A DNA stretch of 63,750 nt, filler included, from Sphacelaria rigidula (lineage: Eukaryota): assembly GCA_964200075.2 (NCBI GenBank). It is 11 parts of 11 records of this genome, joined end to end, with 100 filler letters (N's around TTAATTAATTAA, not from the genome) between each part and the next. Parts side by side here need not be neighbours in the genome. Positions count along the whole stretch, not along the records: positions 52,243 to 57,946 come from CAXNAA020025116.1; positions 58,047 to 63,750 come from CAXNAA020025117.1; 9 more parts are not named here. One strand, written 5' to 3'. Under the pieces are notes generated by a model, which was not told the origin of the DNA, did no database searches, and saw nothing but the letters and a program-made list of their open reading frames with translations. Shown piece after piece: positions 52,730 to 63,750 of the stretch (its first letter is position 1; every line of letters starts with the position of its first letter). Made by a program: the position numbers and the translations under genes.

Positions 52730-53388
52730 TGAATGACTCTTACTAGTGCAGATGGTTGATACATCGGATATGTGGAATGTTGTCGAATTTGAACCTTCGA
52801 CCAAGCCCCGAGAAGCAAGACCCATTTTCGCGACCTCGCAGCAGCGGAGAGAACAAATTATAACGCTGGCCCTTACGAAGGCATACCGAGAATCATCGAG
52901 CAAGGCGGGTGCAACGTGTTTCGTAGGCGAAGGGTGCGTTGCCACACCTCGAATCGGCGCCCCAGGCGCCGATTCAGACAAGAACGCGTTCTGGGACGCT
53001 AGGAGAATGCTAGGAGCACAGCCCCCATGAAAGATCCGGATTTCGGTATTCACACCAAGATCAAAATTGACGGACTCACGCTCTCGAATGGGAAAGTATA
53101 CTGCGCCAAGACGACACAAAGTCGTCGGCCCACTTTCGCTGAAGCCACATGGCACCGAAGCCCCAATCATGTCTGTCAGTAGAGCCACCCGTCCTAAGAT
53201 ACGCACCTGTTGTATCGGTAATGGTGGGTGACGGACGACCGTTTGTTTTCATTCCCTCGTGCAAAACAACATATTTGGAGTCCGATGAACCCCTAGACCG
53301 CGAGGGTAGTCCATCTGGACCATGCATACTTTTTTCAAGTGAAAAATGATGCCGATTCAACACGTGACCAATCGTCGCGGTCAAAGGG
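52730..53388 (+). mobile_element. 3' remnant of a piggyBac-like element
   Basis: Ends AAATGATGCCGATTCA...AAAGGG|TTAA, sharing its terminus with the 32671-32787 MITE. The upstream peptide VDTSDM...LALTKAY...FWDARRML resembles the piggyBac VD..D / NAY / F.R..L region. Confidence 0.55.
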
Positions 53389-53447
53389 TTAATATCATGT
53401 TCATGAAATGAAAAGCCATACCCACGGGACAACAAATATACTTGCCC

Positions 53448-53782
53448 TGTTGGAGGATTCACTCGGAACCCCTTTGTCGTGGTCGCTAGAGTTGGCGCAA
53501 AGGCGGTTAAGCCAAGCAAGTAGACAGGTTGCTTCGGAGTGTAGACAGAAGATAGTGTTCAAGGTGCCGCTTGTGGGCAAGACAAAACAAACAACCCACC
53601 GGGGTAAACGGTCAAAGAGAAAAGTACTCCATGTGTAACAGAGGCTATCCCACGTTATACGCCCCCACATCAGACCAAACCTTCGTGACCGGTACCTGCG
53701 ATCCTAACACTACATATTATATAAAAATTCAATATCATACGAAGCGTTGAAGAGCGTGGCTCCCCAGCCTCATTTTGTAACA
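53448..53782 (-). repeat. 3' LTR
   Basis: TGTTG...TAACA abutting the PPT. Colinear with 56457-56763. Confidence 0.85.
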
Positions 53783-53925
53783 CTCCCCCTCAACGCAAGT
53801 ATAACTCTTAACCCTTCACACTCCCCCTTACTGCAAATACGTACTAGTTTCAAACACCCACATCAGTACAACCATCCCGGCACTCAAGGACGAAATAGGA
53901 ACTCAAAGCTACAACCAGGCTGTAC

Positions 53926-55760
53926 TCATATTATGAATGGGCTGATCAGCTTGACGAGATGGTGGTGCCTGTGTTTGCTGAGGTACTTGGTCCCCATGTC
54001 TGCGAGTTGGTCTTCGGTCTTGACGTAACGAATGTCGATCTTTCCCTTCTTGACTAATTCCTGAATGAAGAAGTACCGTAGAGCTACGTGCTTGACTCTC
54101 GAGCTGTAAGTTCGGTTGCCTGCGACGTGGAGAGTTGAAGTGTTGTCAATGTAGACAGGAACGGAGTCGAAGCGTGTGCCGAATCCCATCTACCGCATCA
54201 TTTTCGAGCAAAATATGCCTTCCTTCATCGCGAGGGCGGCGACCACGAGTTCTGCTTCCATCGTCGATTGCGCGGTGAGTCTTTGTAGTCCTACCTTAAA
54301 ACTGATGGGGCCAATCAAGAAAAAGATAAAACATGATGATGTGGATTTCCCGCTGTCTGGGTTGTTACCCCAGGTCGCATCTGAGAACGCCGTCAATTGG
54401 AAACCGCCCTGGTTGTAGGTTATGACATGATCTGTAGTGCCGGCCAAATATCGAAGTAAGTGTTTTTCAGCTGCTATATGCGCCTTCGACGGATTGGACA
54501 CCGCCCGCGCCAGTTGATTTACGGCGTATCCAATGCCGTAGCGTGTCACGTGAGAGAGATACATCACACTGCCCGTAATGGCTTGGAAACGCTTTTTGTC
54601 CTCCTCCTTCAAAGCGTTCTCCCTCGGCTGATCCAGTGACAGTTCTTGTCCCACACCAGGAGTGTATACTGGCTTGCAATTCGCCATCCCGTATCGTTCC
54701 AGGAGGGACTTGGTGTAACGTTTCTGGCTGATGGTGACTGTCTTCCTAACGCGATCACAAACAACCTCTATTCCCAGCACTAATGATACATCTCCCATGT
54801 CCGCCATCGAGAAACGTCCCATCAGTTCATGCTTGATCCTTCCCAGCACTTTGACATCTTTCCCACGCAGTAGGATGTCATCGACGTATAAAGTCAAAAT
54901 GTAGACGTCGCCGCTCTCTTGGTATATGTAGACGCAACGGTCCCACTTGGCTCTTGAATCCAATCTCCGCCAGGTGTGTGCCGACCGTTCCCCACCAGCA
55001 GTTTGGACTTTCACGGAGGCCATAGAGACTTTTGTGGAGCCGCAATACCATCGGAGTTCCATGGGCGTCAAACTCTTCGTACCCCGGCGCTATTTTGACG
55101 TAAACTTCTTCCTTGAGTTGTGCTCTTCCTGAGTTGGTGTTGCGTTCCCTGAATGAGCGCGCTGCAATGTCTGCGCGCGTCACGGCGGGAGTTACTTGAT
55201 GGCGAGAGTGTCGAGAGCGGTTGAGCAGTGGTGATTCGGCTGATGATGTGGATTGGCTAACTTCGTCCCGAGAAGGGGGTGCAGTTTGTTCCAGCGGCAC
55301 ACGGCTCTCCGGTGATGCTGTTGGCGACGTCTCTTCACGAGGTGTGTCATCGTCGTGCAGTATGTCCCGCTTGGTGGTGGCGCTGATTCTCTCCTGAAGC
55401 TCGGCCACCAGTGGATCGTTAAAGATCTCGCTGGCAGTGATATGATCAACGGAGGCGTGAGCCGGTTGAGCTAGTACGGACGTGTGATCGCGAAGATCAC
55501 GGAAGAAGTCGTCGTCGGCGACGTAATTGTGGCCCTCTTTATTGCTGAAGTCCTGGTCACCAAGTGAAAATGGGTGTATCCGAAGTTGTGGCTCTCCCGT
55601 CGGGGTAAGGTGTGTCGGAGTCTCGATGAAGACGACGCTCCTGCTCTCAATGATACGTCGCGTGGCCGGGTTGTAGACTCGGTAGCTCTTCTTGCTGTCA
55701 TAACTGTACCCAACTAGTCGTCCTTCAACTACTTTGAAAGCAAGTTTCGAAGCTGCCGCG
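53926..55760 (-). pseudogene. Copia pol remnant (integrase SH3-like, RT, RNase H)
   Basis: EGRLVGYSYDSKKSYRVYNP...ESRSVVF; EEVYVKIAPGY...LHKSLYGLRES; LYVDDIL; AFSDATW...KSTS; STMEAELV; YIDNTST; VKHVALRYFFIQE; DQLADMGTK. Contains frameshifts and a deletion of the RT N-terminus. Confidence 0.95.
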
Positions 55761-56176
55761 AGAGCCGTCCCATCATCAGCATTGATGATTCCGCCAAACG
55801 TTTCAGCGATGTCGTCGAGGTTCGACGTGGCCCGGGGGTGTAATGAGTTCCCGAACATCAACCAGACGTGGTGGACTACGGCTATTACGACCAGCGCGCG
55901 CACTAGTGGGGAGAGTGTCTCCCTGATTCCCCGCAGTAGGTTACGAGCTCTGCGCCAGAACCCCGGACCCCCGGCCTCCTCTCCGTCGGCCCCTTCGAAG
56001 GCGCCGACGAGACCGCTGCTGTCAAAAGAAGCAACGGGTTTGTTCGTTGGAGCGAAAGGCCAAAGGTTGCCCGCTTGGGGATGGTTCGCTTTGGGCGCTT
56101 CTAGGGCATTAAAGGAGATGGCGGGAGGGTGCTCCCTTGTACCGGTGGCTGGTTGATACCCTGATCATTGTGCGAA

Positions 56177-56460
56177 ATTGGCTCTCTGCTAGTTGCGCTG
56201 TTGCAAAGAACGACACTCTTCTCGGCTGTGGGTTGTCGACCTGTGGAAAGAGCATCACTTGCCTACATTCCTATCGTTTCCCCCGTCCTGACCGTAATTG
56301 GCTGTCTGCTGGTTGCGCTGTTGCAAAAAACGGCACTCTTCTTGGCTGTGGGTTGTTGACCTCTGGAAAGAGCACCACTTGCCTACATTCCCATTGTTTC
56401 CCCCGTTCTGACCGTAATTGGCTGTCTGCTGGTTGCGCTGTTGCAAGGAACGGCACTCTT
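56177..56460 (-). repeat. 120-bp tandem repeat (~2.4 units) encoding a gag knuckle-like 40-aa unit
   Basis: AATTGGCT.TCTGCT starts at 56177, 56297 and 56417. The minus strand gives KWCSFQRSTTHSQEECR.LQQRNQQTAN. Confidence 0.85.
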
Positions 56461-56763
56461 TGTCGTGGCCGCTAGAGTTGGCGCAATGGCGGTTAAGCCA
56501 AGCAAGCAGACAGGCTGCTTCGGAGTGTAGGCAGAAGATAGTGTTCAAGGTGCCGCTTGTGGGCAAGACAATACAAACAATCCACCGGGGTACACGGTCA
56601 AAGAGAAGAATGCTTCATGTATAACAGCTGCTATTCCACATTATACGCCCCCACATCAGACCAAACCTTCGTGACCGGTACGTGCGATCCCAACACTGCA
56701 TATATAAAGTCAATGCCATACGAAGCGTTGAAGAGCACGGCTTCAGAGCCTCCTTTTCTAACA
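56457..56763 (-). repeat. 5' LTR (U5 end apparently deleted)
   Basis: Aligns with 53472-53782. Its inner end is fused to gag-like sequence and no PBS is visible. Confidence 0.85.
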
Positions 56764-57461
56764 CATTGGTCTTATTGCTTCTGCTGCATGAAAGAAGTGT
56801 GCTTAACCGCCACTGTGCACCTTCTGCGAGCTCCTGCCATCAGCATAGTCGAGCGAGCTTCTGTCCATGCAACAGTTGAGCGAGCTTCCGTCCATGCAAC
56901 AGTTGAGCAATGGAGCCTTTATGCCTTCCTTATACAGTGAAAACCACACTAGTATTTACAATACGAATGTATATGATATTCTGATCGTGAAGCGAGACAG
57001 GAGGCGCCGAGCTAATCGTCTTGAAAAGGTGCATTCCCGATAACACCCAACGCTTCATGCAACTGCCAGGATGGGCCACCTCGGTCTTCTACCCGAATCC
57101 AAGTAAACATTGTATGCGTTCAACAGGTGATCGAAGGATCGACAGCCCCAATGATCGCGAGAGGAATATGGATGGTGAATAGGTTCAGTGAAAGACCGCA
57201 CTTCGTTGGATAAGTGTATCAATCCTCAGTAGTCCATCTTCGCAATCGAAACGGTTTCATGTCCTCAGCTGATGCGCGATATGTTTTTCTGTAGTATCAT
57301 CACAGGGCTTATCTTGGACTAATTTATTGATAGAACCTCCCCCCTGAACAGCCCAGGTGATGTATCGAGACATGATCATATAGGGCGCCAGAGCTTTCTT
57401 AGTGTTTGGCGCGGCTCAGATGGGCGTGATAACTGTTTCCTCACTTCAAGACGCGCCTCAC

Positions 57462-57895
57462 GTGGGTGACACCGGCGAAAACAATCCTAACAGTAAAAGA
57501 GAAAATCATCCTCTTTTCAAGACCCGCGTTATGTGGGTGACACCGGCGAAAACAATCCTAACAGTAAAATAAAGAAGGTAATCATCCTCTTCTTCAACAT
57601 ACCATCACACAGCACGGACATAGAAATGGAATGACGAACCTAACTATCTTTTCTTTTTAATCCATCATAACACAGCACAGTCATGAACATCGAATACGGG
57701 AGCTTACAATCCTTCCTGTTTCACCTACCACAACACAGCACAGACATGAACATGCAATAGAGAAGCTAAACATCCCTTCTGTTCAACCTACCATAGCATA
57801 GTGCGGATATAGACATGGAAAAGAGAAGCTAAATATCCTTCCTGATAATCCTATCATAACATAGCGCGAACAGACATGGGACAAAGAAGCTCACC
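57462..57895. repeat. Minisatellite block: two 71-bp-period units, then about five degenerate ~63-bp units
   Basis: GTGGGTGACACCGGCGAAAACAATCCTAACAGTAAAA at 57462 and 57533. Then recurring ACACAGCAC.GACAT.GA.ATGGAA..GAGAAGCT units. Confidence 0.8.
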
Positions 57896-58145
57896 ATTCT
57901 CTCAAACCGTCACAAACGTTAGTCGTGGGGGTTCAATCCCCGTCACNNNNNNNNNNNNNNNNNNNNNNNNNNNNNNNNNNNNNNNNNNNNTTAATTAATT
58001 AANNNNNNNNNNNNNNNNNNNNNNNNNNNNNNNNNNNNNNNNNNNNGCATGCATGATCATGAGTACCCCCCCCCCCCCCCCCAGTTCATCTCGCCCCCTG
58101 AATGTTGCTGCTGGTACTCTCATATGGTTGGTAGTTGTTTCCCGC

Positions 58146-58201
58146 CTTGCTACCTTGCTTGCTGCCTTGCTTGCTGCCTTGCTTGCTGCCTTGCTAGCTG
58201 C

Positions 58202-58233
<32 letters not shown>

Positions 58234-58262
58234 TTCATGATGATGTTGTTGCTTCTTGTTGT
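58146..58262. repeat. Compound (CTTGCTTGCTGC)/(GCT)/(GAT) simple repeat
   Basis: Direct inspection. Probably intronic. Confidence 0.85.
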
Positions 58263-58380
58263 TTGCTGTTGGTGTTCGCTCCTTGCCGCTGCCGTTGTTT
58301 GCGATTGTCATGGGTTGTACTGCTACCATCGCCTTGATCCACTTTTGCCAATTCCGCTGGGACAAGTGACTCGATGCAAG

Positions 58381-58609
58381 CCGACATGGCCCGGCACAAC
58401 CCGTTCAACGAGCGCGTAGAATCATACGGCACTTGGCATATCCGCACGCCGGATGGAGAGACACCTACGTCCTACGACCCCAAACTGCACCCCCACATAA
58501 CGGGAGCGCCCCCCACATTGGTGTGTCCTGCCTACGAAGCAGCTATGGTTTCGGCTGAAGACCTTTGCGATTTCAGCAGCCACGTGCCCGTCTTCATAGC
58601 TTCAACCAG
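58381..58609 (+). CDS. Internal exon of a fucosyltransferase-like (GT-B) gene
   Basis: DMARHNPFNERVESYGTWHIRTPDGE...VPVFIAST carries the HIRxxD motif I and FxAS motif II. Ends at AG|GTCGGT (phase 2). The acceptor position is uncertain. Confidence 0.75.
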
Positions 58610-60627
58610 GTCGGTACTGAAAAATGCGTGGTTCTGTTTTTTTTTTTTTATCATGGCATGTGAGAGGAGGTACGTCTGAGTCAAAGAGGTCTCTCGTGAT
58701 CAATACCTTCAAACCGACATCACACACATCGATATGATGTATCGCATCATATCGGCGGTTGGCACCAATGTCGCTAGTTTGCCGCCCATGGGAAAGCACG
58801 ATGCCTAGGTCATCATATTTTGGATAATAACATTCATACGATCGGGCTTGCGCCCGCATCTGGCGCCTCAAGTTGAAACCATCGATATTATCGCGAGACT
58901 TCTTAGCGGCTGAATCGAAATTATGGCCAAGCCTTACGTTGCCCAAAGCGTGTTGACCCTTCAACCTCCCACGCTGATTGGTCCCACATTTTGTCTGCTA
59001 AAAGTCTAGAAACTGAGAGCACCCGCGAGTTTAAATATTAGTCATTCCGACAAGGGTCTGTCGAAAGATAATATCCTACACGGACACCCCCTCCCGAGGG
59101 GCAATTTTTCGAAAATTTTTGTTTCTTTGTGAGTTTCTTTTTATTTCTTGTTGATTTTATTGGAAGAAATTGATCAACAAGCACTGACAAAAAGCGAAAA
59201 GTCTGGAGAGCTTTGCGAGGTTCGTATATTTGCTTCTGCTCGTTGCTCGCTCTGTCCCGATGACCTCGGATGCCGGCAATGCTCACACACATCTACTTTA
59301 TGAAAAATACACGAGCGCACGGTAGCGGCAGCCTGTAGCCAAAGTAGCAACATTGTCTCACGCCTCGCCGAATTTTGCATGACTACTAGTGGTGGGTAGT
59401 CGAGGCACACGGCACGGAACATGATCCCAAAAAGGTAATCATGCTAGGTGATGAGCTTGGAGAGGCGTTCGTCATCTCAGCGGTCTTCATGCCAAGGATC
59501 CCTGCACACGGCAGCTGATCGCATCCGCCAACGCCTCGGCAATCAAGTAGGGGACAGCAGGCTGGGTGCTCGCCCCCCCCTCGAATACTCGAATTTTCGG
59601 TCTTGGGGCCTACGTGTCCCGAATTGTTTTTCGACAGATCCTTGATTTCGACGTACATGAGAGACCAGATGGATGTGCGCGGTGGCTGGCAGCAAGCTGA
59701 CAGGGCTGCAGCAGCCGTTTGCCATTGTTGCAGCAAACGAGTGCACATCCGCCTTGTCTACTTCATATACCGTGTCGGCTGTGGTACTGCTCGGCATGCG
59801 ATCGTCTTGTTGGGAACTCTTAGTCGCAACTGAAGTGATGGTCACGTCAGGTACAACATTTGGGCTGGTTTACACGATGAGCTGCAACCTATGGGTCCAA
59901 AAAATGGATATGTACGTTGACACGTATAGCACACAGGGATCAAACGACATTATTATGATACATTTTATACTTTTATGTAGTGAGGGACACTAAAGAGGTT
60001 TTGACAAGCTGATAGCCATCGGGTGGGTCTGGGGGGGCGTCTGCCTGAGCATGTTATGTGTCCATGTTTTGGGCTAGGAGCTAAACGAGCTCGCGCACTT
60101 GATCTCGGACCCCAGCTCACCACCTTGATTTTGGATCCATGTCTGGAGTGTTCGGTGAGAGCCCGCTGCTAACTGTTGACGCAACACATTAACAACACAA
60201 ATGATCTGCTATGCGATTAGAAAACACGCGTGTTTCACAGGCTTTTGAGTAGATAATCTTGTAGATGCCTGTGCCCCAATATCTCGATATCAAGCGTGCT
60301 CGAGGGTGCTTCGAAAGCCGAAGCAGCAGTTGCGATACAGCCGTGGCTCGTGGAAATGAAGCGGGCGACTCCGAACGCGGTTACTTCATGTACGAACGCG
60401 ACTGAATATACTGCTGGTACGATAAGCAGTCATGTTGATCTCCGTGCGTTCACAAACACCATGTCCGATCGTGACTTAATCAAGCACGAGAAGTTATAAC
60501 AGAAAAGGTAGAAGTGCATGTATGTGTGCACTTCGTATGCACGTAGGGATGGGTGGATGCATGGATGCGTGAATGGATGGACGCATCGATATATGTTTAT
60601 GTATTTATATATTTTTGTCGCACTTTG

Positions 60628-62066
60628 AACCCCTCCCCTTCCTCGGATGAGTTCGTGGTCTCAAGGGATCAATCCATCTCTCCCCGGTACACCCGGTACA
60701 TGTTGATGTGTCTACGCATGTGTGTGTATGCATGTATGTACGCATGCATGCATATATATAGCCGCGGCCCGTCGATTTGATTTGTACATCTTGCACCATT
60801 AGGTCAGAAAATACGAGTTCGCTTCTCGCCAGATGTACCTTCGGGTTTTCTGAAAAGTATCTGATTTTCGCTCTTGATAACATGAGAAAGTGAGCAGCAC
60901 AGAAAACAGAGTTGTCGAAAGTCGCCGCGGTGCGAGAGAGCTGACCCGATCCGCGAATTTCAATTGCAGGACCTGTACCGGGAGAGAGATGGGTTGATCC
61001 CTTGACACCAAGCATTAGTGCCAAGGAAGGGGAAGGATCAAGGTGTGAGAGAATACGCACGTGTGAATATTTATATGCATGCTATCGTCCTTCGGGACCC
61101 CTCGCGGCCCTGTATCGATGTAGAAGGCATTCCCGCGTTTCCGAACTCCTCACTCCAAAAGCACGGGAAAACAAGCACCCGTCCAACTGGGGTACTGGGC
61201 AGTAAAGGAGTTGGGAGTTTTACCAAAGTCTGGTCTAGCGTGGTCATTGCATTGGTTTGCTGCCCCAAGAGAAGCAGCGGACCCACTTCACCCTGACCAT
61301 TTTTTCTTGATCTTCTCCTGACCATTTTTTTCATGATTGGTATTGTTTTACATCATTGTTCAATTTACCCATTCTGTTGTTTTGTTTTTTTCCATTTTCC
61401 CTCTCTCTCGAGCTTCATGTCGCTTCTACTTACCTTGGGTACGTGTATCTCGTGCCCGCGGCCGAATCCCTTCAGGATCTGTTCGTGTGCGACAATAAAT
61501 CAATCAACTGTTCAACCGCCCCAGGAACGACATTTCTCCTCCCTGCGATATTGACAAGTCGATTGAACCCGGATGCATTCATAATCACAGCCCGGCGTGC
61601 TCCCCCAAGAAGACGAGTAAGCCGAAGCGTGTGGTCGCCCTGCGTTCTGTAAGCTCTTGAGGGATTTGATGGTGACCGGATTGCCATTTTATCGTATATT
61701 TTCAAGCTTCGTAGGTCTCTTCCTTTCGGCCTTGAGTAAAAGTGCGCGTGCCGAAAAGTCGCCGCGTGTAAGCCGGAACTCTCATACAAGATAGTACGTG
61801 TAACTCCCCGCGCCATGGATGCCTCAAACTAGTACGTCGTTGCATCGGTTACGGCGGAGTTGATAGCTGGAATCCCGGCAGGATCATGTTCGTTTTGCTG
61901 AAGGGTATCTGACTCTCGTGGCGTCAGTAGCGAAGAAAGTTGGACGGAAGTCGACCTGGTGCGGGTATTCTGATCGAATTCGCAATACCAAAATATTACG
62001 CATGTACTGGGAGAGAGACGGGTTGATCCCTTGAGACCACTGACCCATCACGAGAAAGGGAATGTG
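60628..62066. mobile_element. Intronic TIR element with a duplicated right end
   Basis: Left arm GGTCTCAAGGGATCAATCCATCTCTCCCCGGTAC (60657-60690). Inverted partners at 60974-61008 and 62004-62038. Shared internal motifs AAAGTCGCCGCG and GTATCTGA. Confidence 0.65.
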
Positions 62067-62736
62067 ATGAACGTCTGACGGATAACCAGTAGAAATATGC
62101 AGAGCTAGTCATTTCGAGGCGGCACTATCCGCTTGACCAATGTCGATCGTTTCTCAAGAGTAAGATGAGGACCGAACGAGGCACTTTGAGACAGTTCTTC
62201 GTCGCTCTCAGAAGTAGCGGGTCGATGGTAATACATGTGTAATGATACAACATACCGGTGCTGGAAACGAGCACGCTCCCTCCAGCTTGCGCGAGATAAA
62301 CGATGTGAGCAAAGAGTAATGTAGGGCATGGAGGATTAGGGGGGGGTCGCCTTTCGAGGTTTACTTCAAAAGCCCTGGACCATTCTGAGGACCGGAGTAG
62401 TAATCGTGCCGACGATTCCCTTGATGAATCCGTTTTCCTCACGGATCTTGAGTAAGGGGGGCTCTAGGCTTGGAGGATATGATTGAACATTTTCCGAGAT
62501 TCATCACGATTCACTTCAAACAGGTTTGCAACCAATGATCGATGCAGAACAGTACATGTCCCTCCCGCTCCGCGTTGCTCCGTCTTGAAAGGTATGCGTG
62601 GCCAACGGCCAAACGACTAAGACAAGCAACAAATGAGTACGCCCGCCCCCCCCCCCCCTCCCCCCCTCCCCCCATCCGCCCCGCTCCCCGTCTCGGCGCC
62701 ATCGTATTTCTACATGTATATCTTGTTGCTATACAG

Positions 62737-63040
62737 CATGGAAATGGAAGCCAACTGTTCGGCAAACGCGGCGAACGGACGAGAAATCGGGTTCGCGGAC
62801 ACCGGAATCAGTTCGGCCGATGTGCACACCGCCTACAGCGATCATCCTGAAGAAGCTGCGCTCAACGCCTTCTTGGATTACTTGTTCATGATGGATTCTT
62901 CTTTCCTACTGTCGACGGGGTCGTCGTTTTCCTTCACCGTCGTTCACATCAAGAAGTTATGGTGCAAGCGTGTGAGAAGCACCGCTGTCAAGAACTTGCA
63001 GATTTGCGCGCCTCAAAGTTGTTTCCGGCGGCGGCACTAG
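62737..63040 (+). CDS. Terminal exon of the fucosyltransferase-like gene
   Basis: Acceptor TCTTGTTGCTATACAG|C restores the AG+C Ser codon. ...DVHT...ALNAFLDYLFMMDSSFLLSTGSSFS matches motif III (D..L......TxSSFS). Stop TAG at 63038-63040. Confidence 0.8.
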
Positions 63041-63750
63041 CTCAGGCATTGAGAGTTTCCTCCCTTGGGTTCCGAACGGCACGGATACAATTGAATCTTC
63101 ACCGGATCACGGGAGAACAAGATGTGAAGAACAGTTGAAGTAGTTGCAGTGTTAGATACCACAACGTTTGGATGTGCCCATGGAAAGAAACACGCTGTAA
63201 ATAAGACCACCATTTTTAACTCACTACCCCTACACCAAGGTCAAGTCTGTATGATCCTCACAGAAAACGTGGCGTAAACTAAGAGACCAGATTTTTATTG
63301 GCACGATACCTTACGTAAGGAACGCTTCGTTGACCCACCAACTAAAGGTTGTTCAATGCTTTATACAAGTCCTGGGTCAGGGAGCAAGAAAGACGAGGTA
63401 TCTTGTATTTCTGGGTGGTGCTCGTGTCCAGAGAGGGTCTGGTCAGTTATAGCGTGAGGGTTGCCTGCATCCATGGTTAGCATGTGTGCGATTCTTTTTT
63501 CAATCATGTCCAACATTTACCGGATAAACTCGACGTCTGGTGTGTAAATAAAAAGTAGTTGTCGTATCGTATACAAAATAACAATGGAGGGAAATACCGC
63601 ATATCCCGCATGGAACCATGACGTTGATCTGTTGAATCTGCGGATCGCTCTCGTTAGAGAGGGGGGGGGGGGGTTGGGGGGCGTACTCATTTGTTGCTTG
63701 CCTTAGTCGTGTGACCATTAAGCTCGCATCCCTTTGAAGATGGGGAATGG

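Larger units (their letters stand above)
53448..56763 (-). mobile_element. Internally deleted Ty1/Copia LTR retrotransposon
   Basis: Direct LTRs at 53448-53782 (TG...CA) and ~56457-56763. PPT AGGGGGAG at 53783-53790. The integrase C-terminus, RT and RNase H occur in Copia order. No matching TSD. Confidence 0.95.

Noticed and set aside
5707..58046. Regular ~5.8-kb periodic TTAATTAATTAA motifs suggesting a giant array
   Set aside because: They are N-flanked six-frame stop linkers between size-sorted scaffolds, so an assembly artefact. Cross-spacer gene clusters are also invalid.
58150..58365. PolyQ/polyH ORF
   Set aside because: It is the antisense translation of a simple repeat upstream of the real exon.
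58602..58964. 120-aa antisense ORF inside the intron
   Set aside because: No recognisable motif. It may be decayed TE sequence, and a nested gene is unsupported.

Overview
This window is not a contiguous locus. It is 11 unrelated scaffolds of 5704-5706 bp, sorted by size and joined by 100-nt N-TTAATTAATTAA-N spacers, so neighbourhood across spacers has no meaning. The DNA is repeat-rich and eukaryotic. A brown alga or other stramenopile is my inference from the ~50% GC, a multi-kb GT-AG intron, TTAGGG motifs and the element types. Almost everything recognisable is decayed mobile DNA: two Copia remnants, two LINE fragments, tRNA-derived SINEs, nested TIR elements with 8-bp, TA and TTAA target duplications, hAT- and piggyBac-like transposase remnants, foldback MITEs and micro/minisatellites. 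The only credible host gene is missed by the ORF track. Two exons (~58381-58609 and 62737-63040) splice in frame across a 4.1-kb intron and encode the C-terminal part of a GT-B fucosyltransferase-like protein. More speculative leads are several remnants resembling a retroelement-borne adenine-methyltransferase fold, and an orphan decayed ORF whose duplicated peptide differs only at synonymous sites. All protein-family calls were made by eye and no searches were run.
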